In this document: positions 49,899 through 60,194 of the stretch, one piece after another
How positions within the stretch are numbered: position 1 is the stretch's first letter
How the letters are laid out: each line of letters starts with the position of its first letter
Source: an uncultured archaeon
Lineage (GTDB): Archaea; Asgardarchaeota; Lokiarchaeia; Sigyniarchaeales; SOKP01
Assembly: GCA_964486045.1 (NCBI GenBank)
Contig: CAZALK010000008.1
Coordinates: forward strand, 139,611 to 203,610
Length of the DNA stretch: 64,000 nucleotides
Reading direction: 5' to 3'
Made by a program: the position numbers and the translations under genes
Notes under the pieces: generated by a model
Told to the model about the DNA's origin: nothing
The model's input: the letters and a program-made list of their open reading frames with translations, nothing else
Database searches by the model: none

Positions 49899-50702
49899 GT
49901 GGTGATAAAAAAAGTGACATCCAAATTGAAAAACCCAGAAGATATCTTTGATCCAGACGGTGATAATGCAATCATTATCAAAGATCTTGTAAAAAAGTTT
50001 GGTGATATTATCGCTGTTAATGGATTAAACCTTGAAATAAAAAAAGGTGAGTTATTTGGCCTTTTAGGACCAAATGGTGCAGGTAAAACCACGACAATAA
50101 ATGTTCTTAGTGGGTTATTAAAACCATCTGAAGGAACTGCCTATGTTGGTGGTTATGACGTAAGGAAGGATCTTAAAAAGATCAAAGAATTAATTGGCGT
50201 TTGTCCTCAAGAAGCATCTGTCTTTAAATTTCTATCAGGAAGAGAAAATATTGAACTTTTTGGTAATATCCATGGGATGCCGAAGAAAATTATTAAGGAG
50301 CGAACCAATAGTCTCTTAGAATTAGCCAATTTTACCGAAACAAGTAAGAGAAAAGCAAAGGGCTATAGTGGTGGAATGGTTCGTCAATTAAATCTACTAA
50401 TAGCATTAATTAGTGATCCAAAAATCGCATTTCTTGATGAACCAACAGTAGGGATGGATGCAAGAGCTCGTAGAAAAACGTGGGAGTTTATTGGATCTCT
50501 TAAAGAGCAAAATAAAACTGTAATCTTGACTACTCATTACATTGAGGAAGCAGAAGCTCTTAGTGATAGAGTGGGAATTATCGATTATGGTGAGTTAATA
50601 GCTCTTGGAACCCCAAAGGAGTTAATGGAAAAACACGATGCTAAAAATTTAGAAGAAGTTTTTTTGAAAATAACTGGAAGAAGAATAATGGAGGGAATTT
50701 AA
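49899..50702 (+). CDS. ABC transporter ATP-binding protein (DrrA/CcmA-like)
   Basis: GPNGAGKT, YSGGM, LDEPT and TTH. Confidence 0.95.
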   Translation: MVIKKVTSKLKNPEDIFDPDGDNAIIIKDLVKKFGDIIAVNGLNLEIKKGELFGLLGPNGAGKTTTINVLSGLLKPSEGTAYVGGYDVRKDLKKIKELIGVCPQEASVFKFLSGRENIELFGNIHGMPKKIIKERTNSLLELANFTETSKRKAKGYSGGMVRQLNLLIALISDPKIAFLDEPTVGMDARARRKTWEFIGSLKEQNKTVILTTHYIEEAEALSDRVGIIDYGELIALGTPKELMEKHDAKNLEEVFLKITGRRIMEGI

Positions 50703-50703
50703 A

Positions 50704-51462
50704 ATGAAAATACAAAAAATAGTAGCTCTGGTAAAGATGGAGCTTAAAAAATTGATTAGAGAGCCAGCAACATTATTTTTAATGATTTTATTTCCCCTTA
50801 TACTGACCTTTTTTTTTGGATTAGGGTTTAAAGGGATCATACCGGATCCAATCAGTAACCCTGGGGTGTCTCAGTTTGACGTGATGGTACCAGGCTTGTA
50901 TGCTTTTGTATGCATCTTTATAATAATGACCGTAGCTATGACTTTTAGTGAAGACAGGGAAAAAGGCTTGCTAAGGAGATTAAATACAACACCTTTATCA
51001 TCAGGAGAATTCATAGGAAGTCACCTCCTAACAAACACGTTAATTTCAGTTTTGCAGGTAATAATTGTCGTCGTTCTTTCTTTTCTTATGGGATATAAAG
51101 GTGACATTGGAGGATTAGGAGTCGCATTCATATTTATGATTTTTCTTTCTGTATGCTCAGTCGGACTAGGGCTTATCACTGCGACTATTGCTAAATCTCC
51201 TGGAGCTGCTACAGGAATTTCATTCATATTTATAATGCCACAAATGTTTTTGGGAACCTATATCATCCCCCCTACCGGTACCACTCAAGTGATATCAATG
51301 TTTCTTCCTAGCTCTTATGTTACTGATGGCATTACAATGCTTTTTAATGGCGTTCCCTTAACAAATCCTCTTATCTGGATAAAATTAGTGACTGTTGCAT
51401 TAATAAGTGTTGTAATTGCCATTGTTGGTATACAATTGTTTAAAAAATATGGTAATAAATAA
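50704..51462 (+). CDS. ABC-2 type permease
   Basis: Six TM helices with EDREKGLLRRLNTTP. Confidence 0.92.
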   Translation: MKIQKIVALVKMELKKLIREPATLFLMILFPLILTFFFGLGFKGIIPDPISNPGVSQFDVMVPGLYAFVCIFIIMTVAMTFSEDREKGLLRRLNTTPLSSGEFIGSHLLTNTLISVLQVIIVVVLSFLMGYKGDIGGLGVAFIFMIFLSVCSVGLGLITATIAKSPGAATGISFIFIMPQMFLGTYIIPPTGTTQVISMFLPSSYVTDGITMLFNGVPLTNPLIWIKLVTVALISVVIAIVGIQLFKKYGNK

Positions 51463-51577
51463 TTACCGTACCTTTTTTTTTTTACTTTTAATACTCTAAA
51501 ATTTCATGAATGAATTGATTTTGAATTTAGAAAAAACAATTAACGAAGAGAAGAGTACTTAAAAAAAATTTTGAAGA

Positions 51578-52459
51578 TTATATAGTTATATTTAATTTCT
51601 TTTTCAACTCTTTATACCTGGAACGAAGAGTAACCTCTGTGATTCCAACTGAGTTGGCTATCTGTAATTGAGTAAGCTCTATATTTTTTAACTTACAAGC
51701 TACATAGATTGCTCCAGCACACAATCCTTTTGGGTCTATTCCACTAATGGGAAAGTTAGAAATATACGTTGTTAAAATTTTACTTGTGAGCGCCATGATT
51801 TCTGAATCTAATCCTAATTCCGTGACATATCTAGGAATTAATGCGACAGGATCTGTGATGTGGGTTTTTAATTTAAATTCCTTCATTAAAATGCTTACAC
51901 TTCTTCTTACATCTTTGGGTGATACTGATGATTCATCTAAAATTTCTTGAAGTGTTCTTGGTATCCCCTTTTGTCTACAAGCTAAATATAAACAGGCAGC
52001 AACCATAGCATTAATAGACCTACCTCGAAGCAATTTTCTTTTAAATGCCCTAATATAAAGACGCATACCCTCTTCCTTAACATGATTTGGTAAGTTTATG
52101 TTACCACTAATCCTTTTTAATTCCGTGGTAGCAATTAATAAATTTCTTTTTTGCCACGTAATTCGAGTATTCCACTTTGCTGCTCTCTTTAAATCAGGAT
52201 TAGTTATTTTTTGTGTATCAATCACAGTGGTTAAACCCATATCAGGTAACAAGATTGAAATGGGTGCACCTGTCTGCTCACGATTATTCCTTTCTTGGTT
52301 TGTATAAGCTCTTTTTCCACTATGTGAAATATCTACTTGTCGTTCCTTCATTATTAATCCACATTGAGTACAAACATCCTCCCCTTTTTCTTCTATAAAC
52401 ATAATTGAGCCCCCACATTCGGAGCATAGATTTGAAAGTTTACTTCTTTTTGTCATCAT
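51578..52459 (-). CDS. tfb: Transcription initiation factor IIB (TFB paralog)
   Basis: Zn ribbon CSEC...CTQCG, LRGRSI, AACLYLACR..IPRTLQEI, PKGLCAGAIY and TEVTLRSRYKEL. Confidence 0.94.
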   Translation of the reverse strand: MMTKRSKLSNLCSECGGSIMFIEEKGEDVCTQCGLIMKERQVDISHSGKRAYTNQERNNREQTGAPISILLPDMGLTTVIDTQKITNPDLKRAAKWNTRITWQKRNLLIATTELKRISGNINLPNHVKEEGMRLYIRAFKRKLLRGRSINAMVAACLYLACRQKGIPRTLQEILDESSVSPKDVRRSVSILMKEFKLKTHITDPVALIPRYVTELGLDSEIMALTSKILTTYISNFPISGIDPKGLCAGAIYVACKLKNIELTQLQIANSVGITEVTLRSRYKELKKKLNITI

Positions 52460-52492
52460 TCCCTACACATACCTCCTTATTTTTCATCCTTT

Positions 52493-53521
52493 TTATACAC
52501 CTACTGCCCTTAATTTTTCTAACAACTCTTTTTGGTTCCCATTTAGTTTTTTAGGAACTTTAATTCTTATCTTAACTAACAGATTACCTCTCTGTTCTGA
52601 ATTAATTTTATAAAACCCTTGATTTTTTAATCGCAATAAAGTTGAATCATTAGTTCCCACCGGAATTGATACATTCAAAGTTTTGTCAATTCCTTCAACT
52701 TGAACCTTACCGCCAAGTGCAGCCATAGTAAAGGGTACCTCTAACTCATGATAAAGATCATCATCCCTTCTTTCAAATTTGGGATGGCTTTTTATATGGA
52801 CTGCGATATATAAATCACCAGGATTTCCTCCATTCTCTCCTGGCATACCTTTCCCCTTCAACCGTAATTTCTGATCGTCTTTAATTCCTCTCGGAATCTT
52901 TACATTAATATTATTAAGCTTTCCTGTAGTAGGATCTTTATATTGTACTTTTCTTTTTCCGCCCTTGAAGGCATCTATAAAATCAATTTCCATATCATAT
53001 CGTAGATCTTCTCCTTCCCTTGGAAAATTTCTAGACTGGGTTGATCTCCCCCTTGTACCCCCTCCACCTCTCCTGTTAAACACATCAAATATATCTCCTA
53101 AATCATTGAAAAAATCAAAACCTCCACCGTTGCCCCTTGAATTCTTATTATTACCAAATGCCTCACCAAAGTCAAAATTTCCTGGTGAACCAGATGTAGA
53201 ATAATAATATGTTGTACCGTCAGGACTTCGATAACTTCTACCCCCTCTTGATCCACCAAATCCACCAGATGAACCTCTATATTGTTGATAAGTAGATGGA
53301 TCTCCTTCTACAACTCCAAATTTATCATACATCTCCCTCTTTTTATCATCGTTAAGTATACTATAAGCCTCATTTATTTCTTTAAATTTTTCCCCAGATT
53401 TAGCCTCATCTGGATTTACATCTGGATGATATTTTCGCGCCATCTTTCGGAAGCCTCTCTTGATTTCCTCCTTTGATGCGCCCTTTGAAATTCCTAATAA
53501 TTTATAATAATCCTTAGCCAT
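52493..53521 (-). CDS. dnaJ: DnaJ co-chaperone, class B (no Cys-rich zinc finger)
   Basis: J domain KYHPD, G/F-rich linker and C-terminal domain. No CxxCxGxG repeats. Confidence 0.92.
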   Translation of the reverse strand: MAKDYYKLLGISKGASKEEIKRGFRKMARKYHPDVNPDEAKSGEKFKEINEAYSILNDDKKREMYDKFGVVEGDPSTYQQYRGSSGGFGGSRGGRSYRSPDGTTYYYSTSGSPGNFDFGEAFGNNKNSRGNGGGFDFFNDLGDIFDVFNRRGGGGTRGRSTQSRNFPREGEDLRYDMEIDFIDAFKGGKRKVQYKDPTTGKLNNINVKIPRGIKDDQKLRLKGKGMPGENGGNPGDLYIAVHIKSHPKFERRDDDLYHELEVPFTMAALGGKVQVEGIDKTLNVSIPVGTNDSTLLRLKNQGFYKINSEQRGNLLVKIRIKVPKKLNGNQKELLEKLRAVGV

Positions 53522-53632
53522 AATCCTTCCCCGTTTTTAACCATTTTAACTATATTAGCTTGAATTTTACCAATTCTAAATAAAAAAAATAAAATAAAAA
53601 AATATTAATAATTATATAAAAAAAAAACTGAG

Positions 53633-55540
53633 TTATTCATACTCAGCATCCACTACATCATCTTGACCTGTTGCCCTTCGGAATTGCTCAGCCTCAACCT
53701 CATCTTGGGTTTTACCTTCGTCTCCGTAATTACTCCCAGCTGGCATATCTCCCATACCCCCTGGTGGTGCTCCTTGATGTTCATGCGGTGCCCCTTGTTG
53801 TTGCCCATAGATTCGAGATGAAACTTCATGTAAAGAGCTCTGTAAAGCTTCTATCACACTCTTGATTTTTGGTACATCATCAGATTCCATCGCACTTCGC
53901 AAATCAGATATCTTATCAAGTATATTTGATTTCAAATCACCAATGACCGCTTCATTTTCATTCAGGAGCTTCTCAGTTTGATAGATTAATGACTCACCCT
54001 GATTCTTTGATTCAGTAAGCTCTTTAAATCTTTTATCGTCGTCAGCATTTCTCTCAGCTTCGCGAATTTTCTGTTCGATCTCATCGTCAGCCATCTTTGT
54101 TGATGATGTAATTGTTATTGATTGACTCTTGCCAGTACCCATGTCCTTCGCTGAAACATTTAAAATTCCGTTTTGATCAATATCATAGGTTACCTCGATC
54201 TGTGGCACTCCTCTAGGCGCTGGCGGAATACCAGTTAAATGAAATTTGCCTAATGTAATATTATCTGCCGCCCTTGGTCGCTCTCCTTGTAGTACATGAA
54301 TCTCTACTGCCGGTTGATTGTCAGCTGCTGTCGAAAATATCTGTGTTTTATGCGTAGGTATCGTAGTGTTTCTCCCAATTAGCGTAGTAAAAACCGCTCC
54401 TAAGGTCTCAACTCCTAAGGATAATGGTGTCACATCGAGTAATAATAAATCCTTAACTTCACCCGTTAGCACACCTCCCTGAATTGAAGCACCCATCGCA
54501 ACACACTCCATCGGATCAATGCTACGCTCAGGTTTTTTCCCTAAAAGATCCTCGAATTTCTTCTGAATCACTGGCATCCTCGTTGGTCCACCAACTAAGA
54601 TAATTTTGTTAATCTCATCCCTCGCAATACCCGCATCTCTTAATGCCTTTAGAATTGATGTGTCTAACCTATTAGTGACTGGTTCGATTATTTGCTCCAG
54701 CTTGGCCCTCGTAAGTGACATATTAAGATGTTTTGGACCTTCACTCGTCGCTGTTATATAAGGCAGATTAATATCTGTCTTTACTGATGTTGATAATTCG
54801 ATCTTAGCCTTTTCTGCTGCGTCTCGAACTCGTTCTAATGCCATTGAATCACTTCGCAAATCTGCGCCTTGATCCTTCTTAAATTCCGACACTAAATAAT
54901 CCACCAACAGTTTATCCATATCAGTACCGCCTAATTGTGTATCCCCAGCTGTCGAAATTACCTCAAATACCTGATTATCAAGCTCCATAATGGTGACGTC
55001 AAAAGTTCCACCACCTAAATCTAACACCGCGATCTTTAAACTTACGTTCTTCTTGTCCAATCCGTAAGCTACCGCTGCGGCCGTTGGTTCGTTAATTAAA
55101 CGTTTCACATTTAATCCCGCGATCTTGCCCGCATCTTTGGTAGCTTGTCTTTGATTGTTATTAAAATAAGCCGGAACCGTAATTATGACATCTATAACCT
55201 CTTCACCTAAATACGCACTCGCATCTTCCTTGATTTTTCTCAAAATCATCGCTGAAATCTCCTGTGGCTTATAATCCTTTCCATCAATCGTTACCTTGTA
55301 CGATGTTCCCATTTTACGCTTAATTGCCGTGATTGTCCTATCCGGATTTGAAATTGCTTGCCTTCTTGCTGGCTCCCCGATTAACCGCTGACCATCCTTA
55401 GTAAACGCAACCACGGATGGAAATGCCTTACCACCTAAGGTTAACCCCTCAGCACTCGGAATTATTGTCGGTTTACCACCAACCAATACCGATGCCGCTG
55501 AATTTGAGGTCCCTAAGTCTATTCCTATTATTTTTCCCAT
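53633..55540 (-). CDS. dnaK: Chaperone DnaK (Hsp70)
   Basis: [44 protein letters not shown] and GVPQIEV. Confidence 0.98.
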   Translation of the reverse strand: MGKIIGIDLGTSNSAASVLVGGKPTIIPSAEGLTLGGKAFPSVVAFTKDGQRLIGEPARRQAISNPDRTITAIKRKMGTSYKVTIDGKDYKPQEISAMILRKIKEDASAYLGEEVIDVIITVPAYFNNNQRQATKDAGKIAGLNVKRLINEPTAAAVAYGLDKKNVSLKIAVLDLGGGTFDVTIMELDNQVFEVISTAGDTQLGGTDMDKLLVDYLVSEFKKDQGADLRSDSMALERVRDAAEKAKIELSTSVKTDINLPYITATSEGPKHLNMSLTRAKLEQIIEPVTNRLDTSILKALRDAGIARDEINKIILVGGPTRMPVIQKKFEDLLGKKPERSIDPMECVAMGASIQGGVLTGEVKDLLLLDVTPLSLGVETLGAVFTTLIGRNTTIPTHKTQIFSTAADNQPAVEIHVLQGERPRAADNITLGKFHLTGIPPAPRGVPQIEVTYDIDQNGILNVSAKDMGTGKSQSITITSSTKMADDEIEQKIREAERNADDDKRFKELTESKNQGESLIYQTEKLLNENEAVIGDLKSNILDKISDLRSAMESDDVPKIKSVIEALQSSLHEVSSRIYGQQQGAPHEHQGAPPGGMGDMPAGSNYGDEGKTQDEVEAEQFRRATGQDDVVDAEYE

Positions 55541-55552
55541 ACTTCTTACCTC

Positions 55553-55675
55553 TCTTTTACTTTAATTTTTAATATCATTTTTTTTTAATCTTAAATTTGG
55601 TTTTAATTTTTAATTTTTTTTTAATTTTTTTTTTAATTTTGATTTTAATTTTGGTTTTAGTTCTAATTCTTAATT
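55553..55675. repeat. Low-complexity T-rich degenerate tandem repeat (TTTTAATT units) between grpE and dnaK
   Basis: Repeated ttttaatttt / ttttggtttt units. Confidence 0.6.
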
Positions 55676-55679
55676 AGCT

Positions 55680-56453
55680 CTAATTAACCTCTACTTTTTT
55701 TGTAAAGTCTTGTAAATTTGATAGACTTGATTGGTTTGACCGATCCGAAGGCTTCGATATTTTTACCTTCGCTGGTCGTAAAACCATTTCACATAAATAA
55801 TAACCCTTATCTAACACTTCCACTATTGTATTCTCCGGAATGTCATTACGACCCTCCTCAACCAACATTACTTCATGCTTATACGGATCAAAAAGTTGAC
55901 CCTCCGAGTCCATCGGCTTAATTCCCTCTTTCTCCAGTACTTTCTCGAAATTATGAAGTACTATTTCAAATCCCTTCCGGACTCCCTCCATTCCTTCAAG
56001 CATCTTCATAAGGTTTAACGCTCGCACCAAGTCGTCATAATGACTGAGAAGCTTTAGCAGTAATCCTTCCAGAACGTACTGTCTATATCGAGCCCCCTCA
56101 CGAGCCTCGCGTTTCTTGTGGTTCTCAAAATCCGCCCGAATCTGTAAAAGCTGCTTCAGAAATTTCTCGTTCTCTTCCTGGAGCTTCTTAAAACCACGAG
56201 CGTCATCCTTCATGTCATCCAACTCCTTCAATAACTGATCGTTCCACGTCTTTATTTTCTTATGTTCCTCCATTAAAGCCTTATATTCCCCTGCTTTCGT
56301 CTTTAAGGCTTGATAAGCCTCCTTCGAAATGGTCATGGTTTCCGACAAACGACGCCCTCTGTTACCTCCGCGTTCGCCGGAATAACGGTCAAAAAAATCC
56401 TCGAACACCATCGATCTCATATCTCCCTTTTCTCTTCTAGACATAAATACCAT
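55680..56453 (-). CDS. grpE: Nucleotide exchange factor GrpE with extended N-terminal coiled coil
   Basis: RADFENHKKR, FDPYKHEV, KGY.L..MVLRPAKVKI. Start uncertain. Confidence 0.93.
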   Translation of the reverse strand: MVFMSRREKGDMRSMVFEDFFDRYSGERGGNRGRRLSETMTISKEAYQALKTKAGEYKALMEEHKKIKTWNDQLLKELDDMKDDARGFKKLQEENEKFLKQLLQIRADFENHKKREAREGARYRQYVLEGLLLKLLSHYDDLVRALNLMKMLEGMEGVRKGFEIVLHNFEKVLEKEGIKPMDSEGQLFDPYKHEVMLVEEGRNDIPENTIVEVLDKGYYLCEMVLRPAKVKISKPSDRSNQSSLSNLQDFTKKVEVN

Positions 56454-56490
56454 ATTTTTTGGTTTTTTGCTATATTATTAATAGAATTAT

Positions 56491-56548
56491 TTCTTGTCAA
56501 TTTAGGTTTCTTGACAATTCTTTGTTTATCGTCAATGTTTTCTTGACA
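56491..56548 (-). promoter_or_regulatory. Repeated GTCAA/TTGAC motifs upstream of grpE (candidate heat-shock operator)
   Basis: TTGTCAA-N10-TTGACAA (56494-56517) and GTCAA-N7-TTGAC (56531-56547), downstream of a TTTAAATA box near 56578-56585. Confidence 0.55.
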
Positions 56549-56748
56549 TACTTTAATATAGAAGTATTAACTCTGGTATTTAAATATTATGATTTTAGAA
56601 AATAAAGGGAAAATAGGGAAAAGTTATGTGTAATAGGCATTGATTGGATTTTAATTTTGCGGTATATGCAAAAAATCGTGTTGAAGACAGAGCTATTTTT
56701 TTATTCCCCGTGATAATGGTTATAAAGAGGGTTGCGTAAAAACCACAA

Positions 56749-57132
56749 TTACGTAGTGCTCTGTTGCTCTCGCGGTATTTTATGAGTTTGATATACATAG
56801 TAAATAGAAATAAATAAGAATATTGAGCTGATAACATTGAGTATGGTAAACATACCACTCAGAAAAGATATTATGGTCATTACGAGTGAGACGGGAAGAC
56901 CTAGGGTGATAAACAGAGTAGTTGTGAGAAATGGATAATTAACTGCAAAATATATGATGTTTGGGACAATCGAGAATATTGCGGAGATCATAAAGTGAAG
57001 GCCGTAGGTGTATCCATTATTTTTACGGATGAGATACCCAAAGGCAAGCATAGCTATTGAGAAAGTGGTGGAGATGGTTACGGGTAGGTAAATGAGAATA
57101 TATGACAAAATTTCAGGGAATTGGTATAACAT
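56749..57132 (-). CDS. Hypothetical membrane protein
   Basis: 127 aa with three to four hydrophobic helices. Confidence 0.65.
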   Translation of the reverse strand: MLYQFPEILSYILIYLPVTISTTFSIAMLAFGYLIRKNNGYTYGLHFMISAIFSIVPNIIYFAVNYPFLTTTLFITLGLPVSLVMTIISFLSGMFTILNVISSIFLFISIYYVYQTHKIPREQQSTT

Positions 57133-57230
57133 TTTTTTTTTGCTTCCTTTTTTTTTTTTTGTTTCCTTTTTTTTTTTTTTTATCTATAAATGTGTTAAGT
57201 TAAGTTAAGTCAAGTTAAGTCAAGTTAAGT
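57133..57230. repeat. Poly-T runs followed by a 5-bp microsatellite (YAAGT)x7
   Basis: Duplicated T9+-g(c/t)ttcc units, then taagt/caagt seven times at 57196-57230. Confidence 0.8.
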
Positions 57231-57421
57231 TATGGTAATGTGATGGTTATGTATAGAGTTGTGGCATAACTGGATTTACTATTTTTAAGTCGTTATTATT
57301 TATAAATTATCTGGAATTGGGAAGGATATAGGGGGTGAGAGGATGATTTATATATGCCTTAGGTATTACTACTAATATTGAGAGGATTTACAATCGAAAT
57401 TTTTGATATGGTATTCGTCGT

Positions 57422-57772
57422 TTGTGGGAGTGTGACTATATGAGTGAGTTGAAATTGAAGTGCTATTCTTGTGAGTATGAGCGTGTTATTGGAGAGAGGG
57501 AGTTAATAACAGATTTACAGGATTGTCCTGAGTGTGGTTCAGAAGATATCGAGATTGTCGCGAGTGAGGAGACCTACAGTGGCCCCCCTCTTGACCCTTT
57601 AGAGAGGGAACGGATCGTCAAGCGGAGGATGTGGGTAATTGGGGTAATTGGCTTTATATTTCTGATGGTTGGGATACCGCTTGTATCGGTTGGAGTAGGG
57701 ATAGTGTTTATAGTGGTTGGTTTTTTATGTTTGGTGGTCGCTTCTGGTGGCAAGCTTTTATGTGGGTTTTGA
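57422..57772 (+). CDS. Zinc-ribbon protein with C-terminal TM hairpin
   Basis: CYSC...CPECGS and two hydrophobic helices. True start is probably MSELKL. Confidence 0.75.
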   Translation: MWECDYMSELKLKCYSCEYERVIGERELITDLQDCPECGSEDIEIVASEETYSGPPLDPLERERIVKRRMWVIGVIGFIFLMVGIPLVSVGVGIVFIVVGFLCLVVASGGKLLCGF

Positions 57773-57933
57773 TATTAATTACCAGGGTGCTTTCTATATG
57801 CATTTAAATTTATACTGTGAGAAATAAATTTTATTTTTAAGTTGAAAGTATAAAATGAGGTGAATAAAGAAAGAATTTGAGACAAATTATCACCTATACC
57901 CTTATTTACGATCTTAAATTTTAAGTCTTAATT

Positions 57934-58203
57934 ATGTCAAGATATAAAGTTTCTATCGAAATTACTGATATTCTTGAAGAGGGGAATTGTCCCGTAGGCC
58001 ATGCAATTGGGCAAACCTTCACTTATCCTGAAGATCGTGGGAAAATATGTGCCGCCGCATTTAACTCTATTTTTCCATATATCCGTGTATTAGAGTCAGG
58101 TGGGTCATATCCCTTTTTTGAAGATGATGGCAACACTCATAAAGCGTGCTGTCCTGATTATAAACGCCCTGTTGTATTTAAAATGACTCGAAAAACAATT
58201 TAA
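57934..58203 (+). CDS. TIGR04076-like small Cys protein
   Basis: GNCPVGH..G..F...ICAAAF.SIFP...CCPD...PVVFK. Confidence 0.82.
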   Translation: MSRYKVSIEITDILEEGNCPVGHAIGQTFTYPEDRGKICAAAFNSIFPYIRVLESGGSYPFFEDDGNTHKACCPDYKRPVVFKMTRKTI

Positions 58204-58457
58204 TGACTAAAACTTATTTTAATTTTTATCTATTAGTTTAATATTTGGATAGTAAGACACAAAGTCGTTGAATCTTGCATTTCTACAATTTTCCTTGTAT
58301 GCCTTATCTAAGTGAAATGAACTTTTGGATATGTTTCGGCATTTTTCTACAAAGGCAAGATTTGAGTTTGAATTAATATTTCTATGCCATTAAAAATACT
58401 TTTAGATTAAATAGTAGGTTATGGAATTAAATCAAGAACTCTTTGAGTTGATTTTTT

Positions 58458-59027
58458 TTGATAGTTGATTATATTAATAAAACATTAAACCTCAAGGTAG
58501 TTTATTACGGTCCTGCCCTTTCTGGTAAGACAACAGCTGTTTTAGCCCTTTTTTCCCATTTTGGCAAAAAGGAAGCAGTAGAGAGCATAGAAAATACAGT
58601 ATTAAGAACAATTTTTTTTGATTATGGGACGTTATCATTTCAAAACAGTGAGTGGGTTACTAAAATTCATGTGTACGCGACGACCGGTCAAGATTACTAT
58701 GCTATCACTCGCCCAATTACTTTGGAAGCGGTTGATGGCATCATTGTAGTTTTAGATTCGCAGCAAGTTGTATATAAGCGCAATTTAGCCTCCTGGAATG
58801 AGTTGCTTTATTTATATGAAGAGAAGGCTATTAACGAACTTCCAATTATTATTGCATTTAATAAGCAAGATTTAACAGGAAAATTACAAGTAGAGCCATT
58901 TTTAGAAGAGATTAATGCATTTCATTTTAATACGATGAGTATTAAATTTTGGATTGCTATAACTGGAGAAGGGATTTTAGGGAGTTTCGAAGAGCTCTTA
59001 AGAATGATATGGGTGAAAAATAGTTAA
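58458..59027 (+). CDS. MglA-like small GTPase
   Basis: LKVVYYGPALSGKTT, RTIFFDY, ATTGQDYY, VDGIIVVLDSQ and NKQD. Confidence 0.88.
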   Translation: MIVDYINKTLNLKVVYYGPALSGKTTAVLALFSHFGKKEAVESIENTVLRTIFFDYGTLSFQNSEWVTKIHVYATTGQDYYAITRPITLEAVDGIIVVLDSQQVVYKRNLASWNELLYLYEEKAINELPIIIAFNKQDLTGKLQVEPFLEEINAFHFNTMSIKFWIAITGEGILGSFEELLRMIWVKNS

Positions 59028-59433
59028 AATTTTTTAATTCCTGAGATGAATTTTTCCAGTAAATAGGTTTTTAAGAATATGTTGATAAAGATTATTTTAA
59101 GGGGAAAGGGGGAATTATATGTGTTGTAGGCAAATATCGTGTGTTCATTTTGAATTAATAGCAAAGAATTAAATTTAGAGTATTCCTAAGAGTTCGAACT
59201 TCGCTAAAAGTTCATGGAACTAAACTATATATGATGCGTTTTCTATTTTAATATTAAGAAAAAGAAAGAAAAAAAATATCAAATAAAAGGTTAAAAAAAT
59301 GAAGAAAAAAGCGACCAAAGGATTGATAAAAATAACCAAGTATGGTAATCATAATTTATTCAGCAATTTAATGAAATAATTATTTTTTTTTTATTTTTAT
59401 TATTTAGTAAAACAAACGTGAGGGAAATTAAAA

Positions 59434-59529
59434 ATGTCAAAAAAGAATGGAAAAGGAAAGGAAGCAACTTTCGAGGATTATCTTTTACATCCAAAAAAGT
59501 ACAGTTTTGGATGGAAAGACCTAAAATAA
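59434..59529 (+). CDS. Putative 31-aa micropeptide
   Basis: Not in ORF track: MSKKNGKGKEATFEDYLLHPKKYSFGWKDLK*, with upstream GTGAGGG and a T-tract directly after the stop. Confidence 0.55.
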   Translation: MSKKNGKGKEATFEDYLLHPKKYSFGWKDLK

Positions 59530-59533
59530 AATC

Positions 59534-59550
59534 TTTTTATTTTTTTTTTT
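59534..59550 (+). terminator. Oligo-T archaeal terminator
   Basis: TTTTTATTTTTTTTTTT immediately after the 59434-59529 ORF. Confidence 0.5.
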
Positions 59551-59625
59551 ATTTCTGTATATTCGATATTTCTAAAATTTCTATTTTTGTGATATTGTCT
59601 TATTTAAAGCTATAATTTATTGAAC

Positions 59626-60078
59626 TTAGCCAATTTTTTTCCCAAATTCTTTACACTTTTCAAGTTCTCCATCTATGAGTGGTCCTTTTATTCCGTGGAC
59701 CCCAACTTGCAGAATCTCAACCGGTTTTTTGATCCCGGATATTTTTTTCATAACCTGTTTTTCCATCTTAAAAACGGCTTTCCTAAGAAATTTACCTTCT
59801 CCTTCAGAAATATGGGTGTCGAATGCAGCTATAGACTTACCCTCTAAGTTTATTTCAGACATTTTTTTAATAAGTTTCTTTATACTTCCCGCAGGGCTTC
59901 CAGCATAGGTAGGAGAACCTAAAATAACCAAATCAAAATTATTAATCTCACTAACATCAATTTCTTTAACATGTTTCACGATAACATCATGTCCCTTTTC
60001 AGTTAATCCCTCTCCTATAGCTTCTCCGGCCAATTTAGTATTTCCAAATTTAGTTTCATAAACAATTATTACTTTCAT
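59626..60078 (-). CDS. Flavodoxin
   Basis: IVYETKFGNT, LGSPTYAG and AAFDT. Confidence 0.92.
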   Translation of the reverse strand: MKVIIVYETKFGNTKLAGEAIGEGLTEKGHDVIVKHVKEIDVSEINNFDLVILGSPTYAGSPAGSIKKLIKKMSEINLEGKSIAAFDTHISEGEGKFLRKAVFKMEKQVMKKISGIKKPVEILQVGVHGIKGPLIDGELEKCKEFGKKIG

Positions 60079-60194
60079 TTTATCATCTCTCCTTTTCTTC
60101 TCTTGAACAAAATAAATTAATTAAAGAAAATGATTTTTCGTTAATAATTATAGGGATATTAATCCAATTTTTTTTTACCCTAAAATTTCGTTTC

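Noticed and set aside
57196-57230. Short repeats as a CRISPR array
   Set aside because: 5-bp microsatellite with no spacers and no cas genes.
59191-59221. Two AGTTC...GAACT palindromes, and a GTTCGA resembling a tRNA T-loop
   Set aside because: No cloverleaf can be formed, spacing is inconsistent, and the arms are too short to support.
59418-59615. 65-aa ORF in the track
   Set aside because: Runs through a poly-T terminator. The overlapping 31-aa frame at 59434 has better gene signals.
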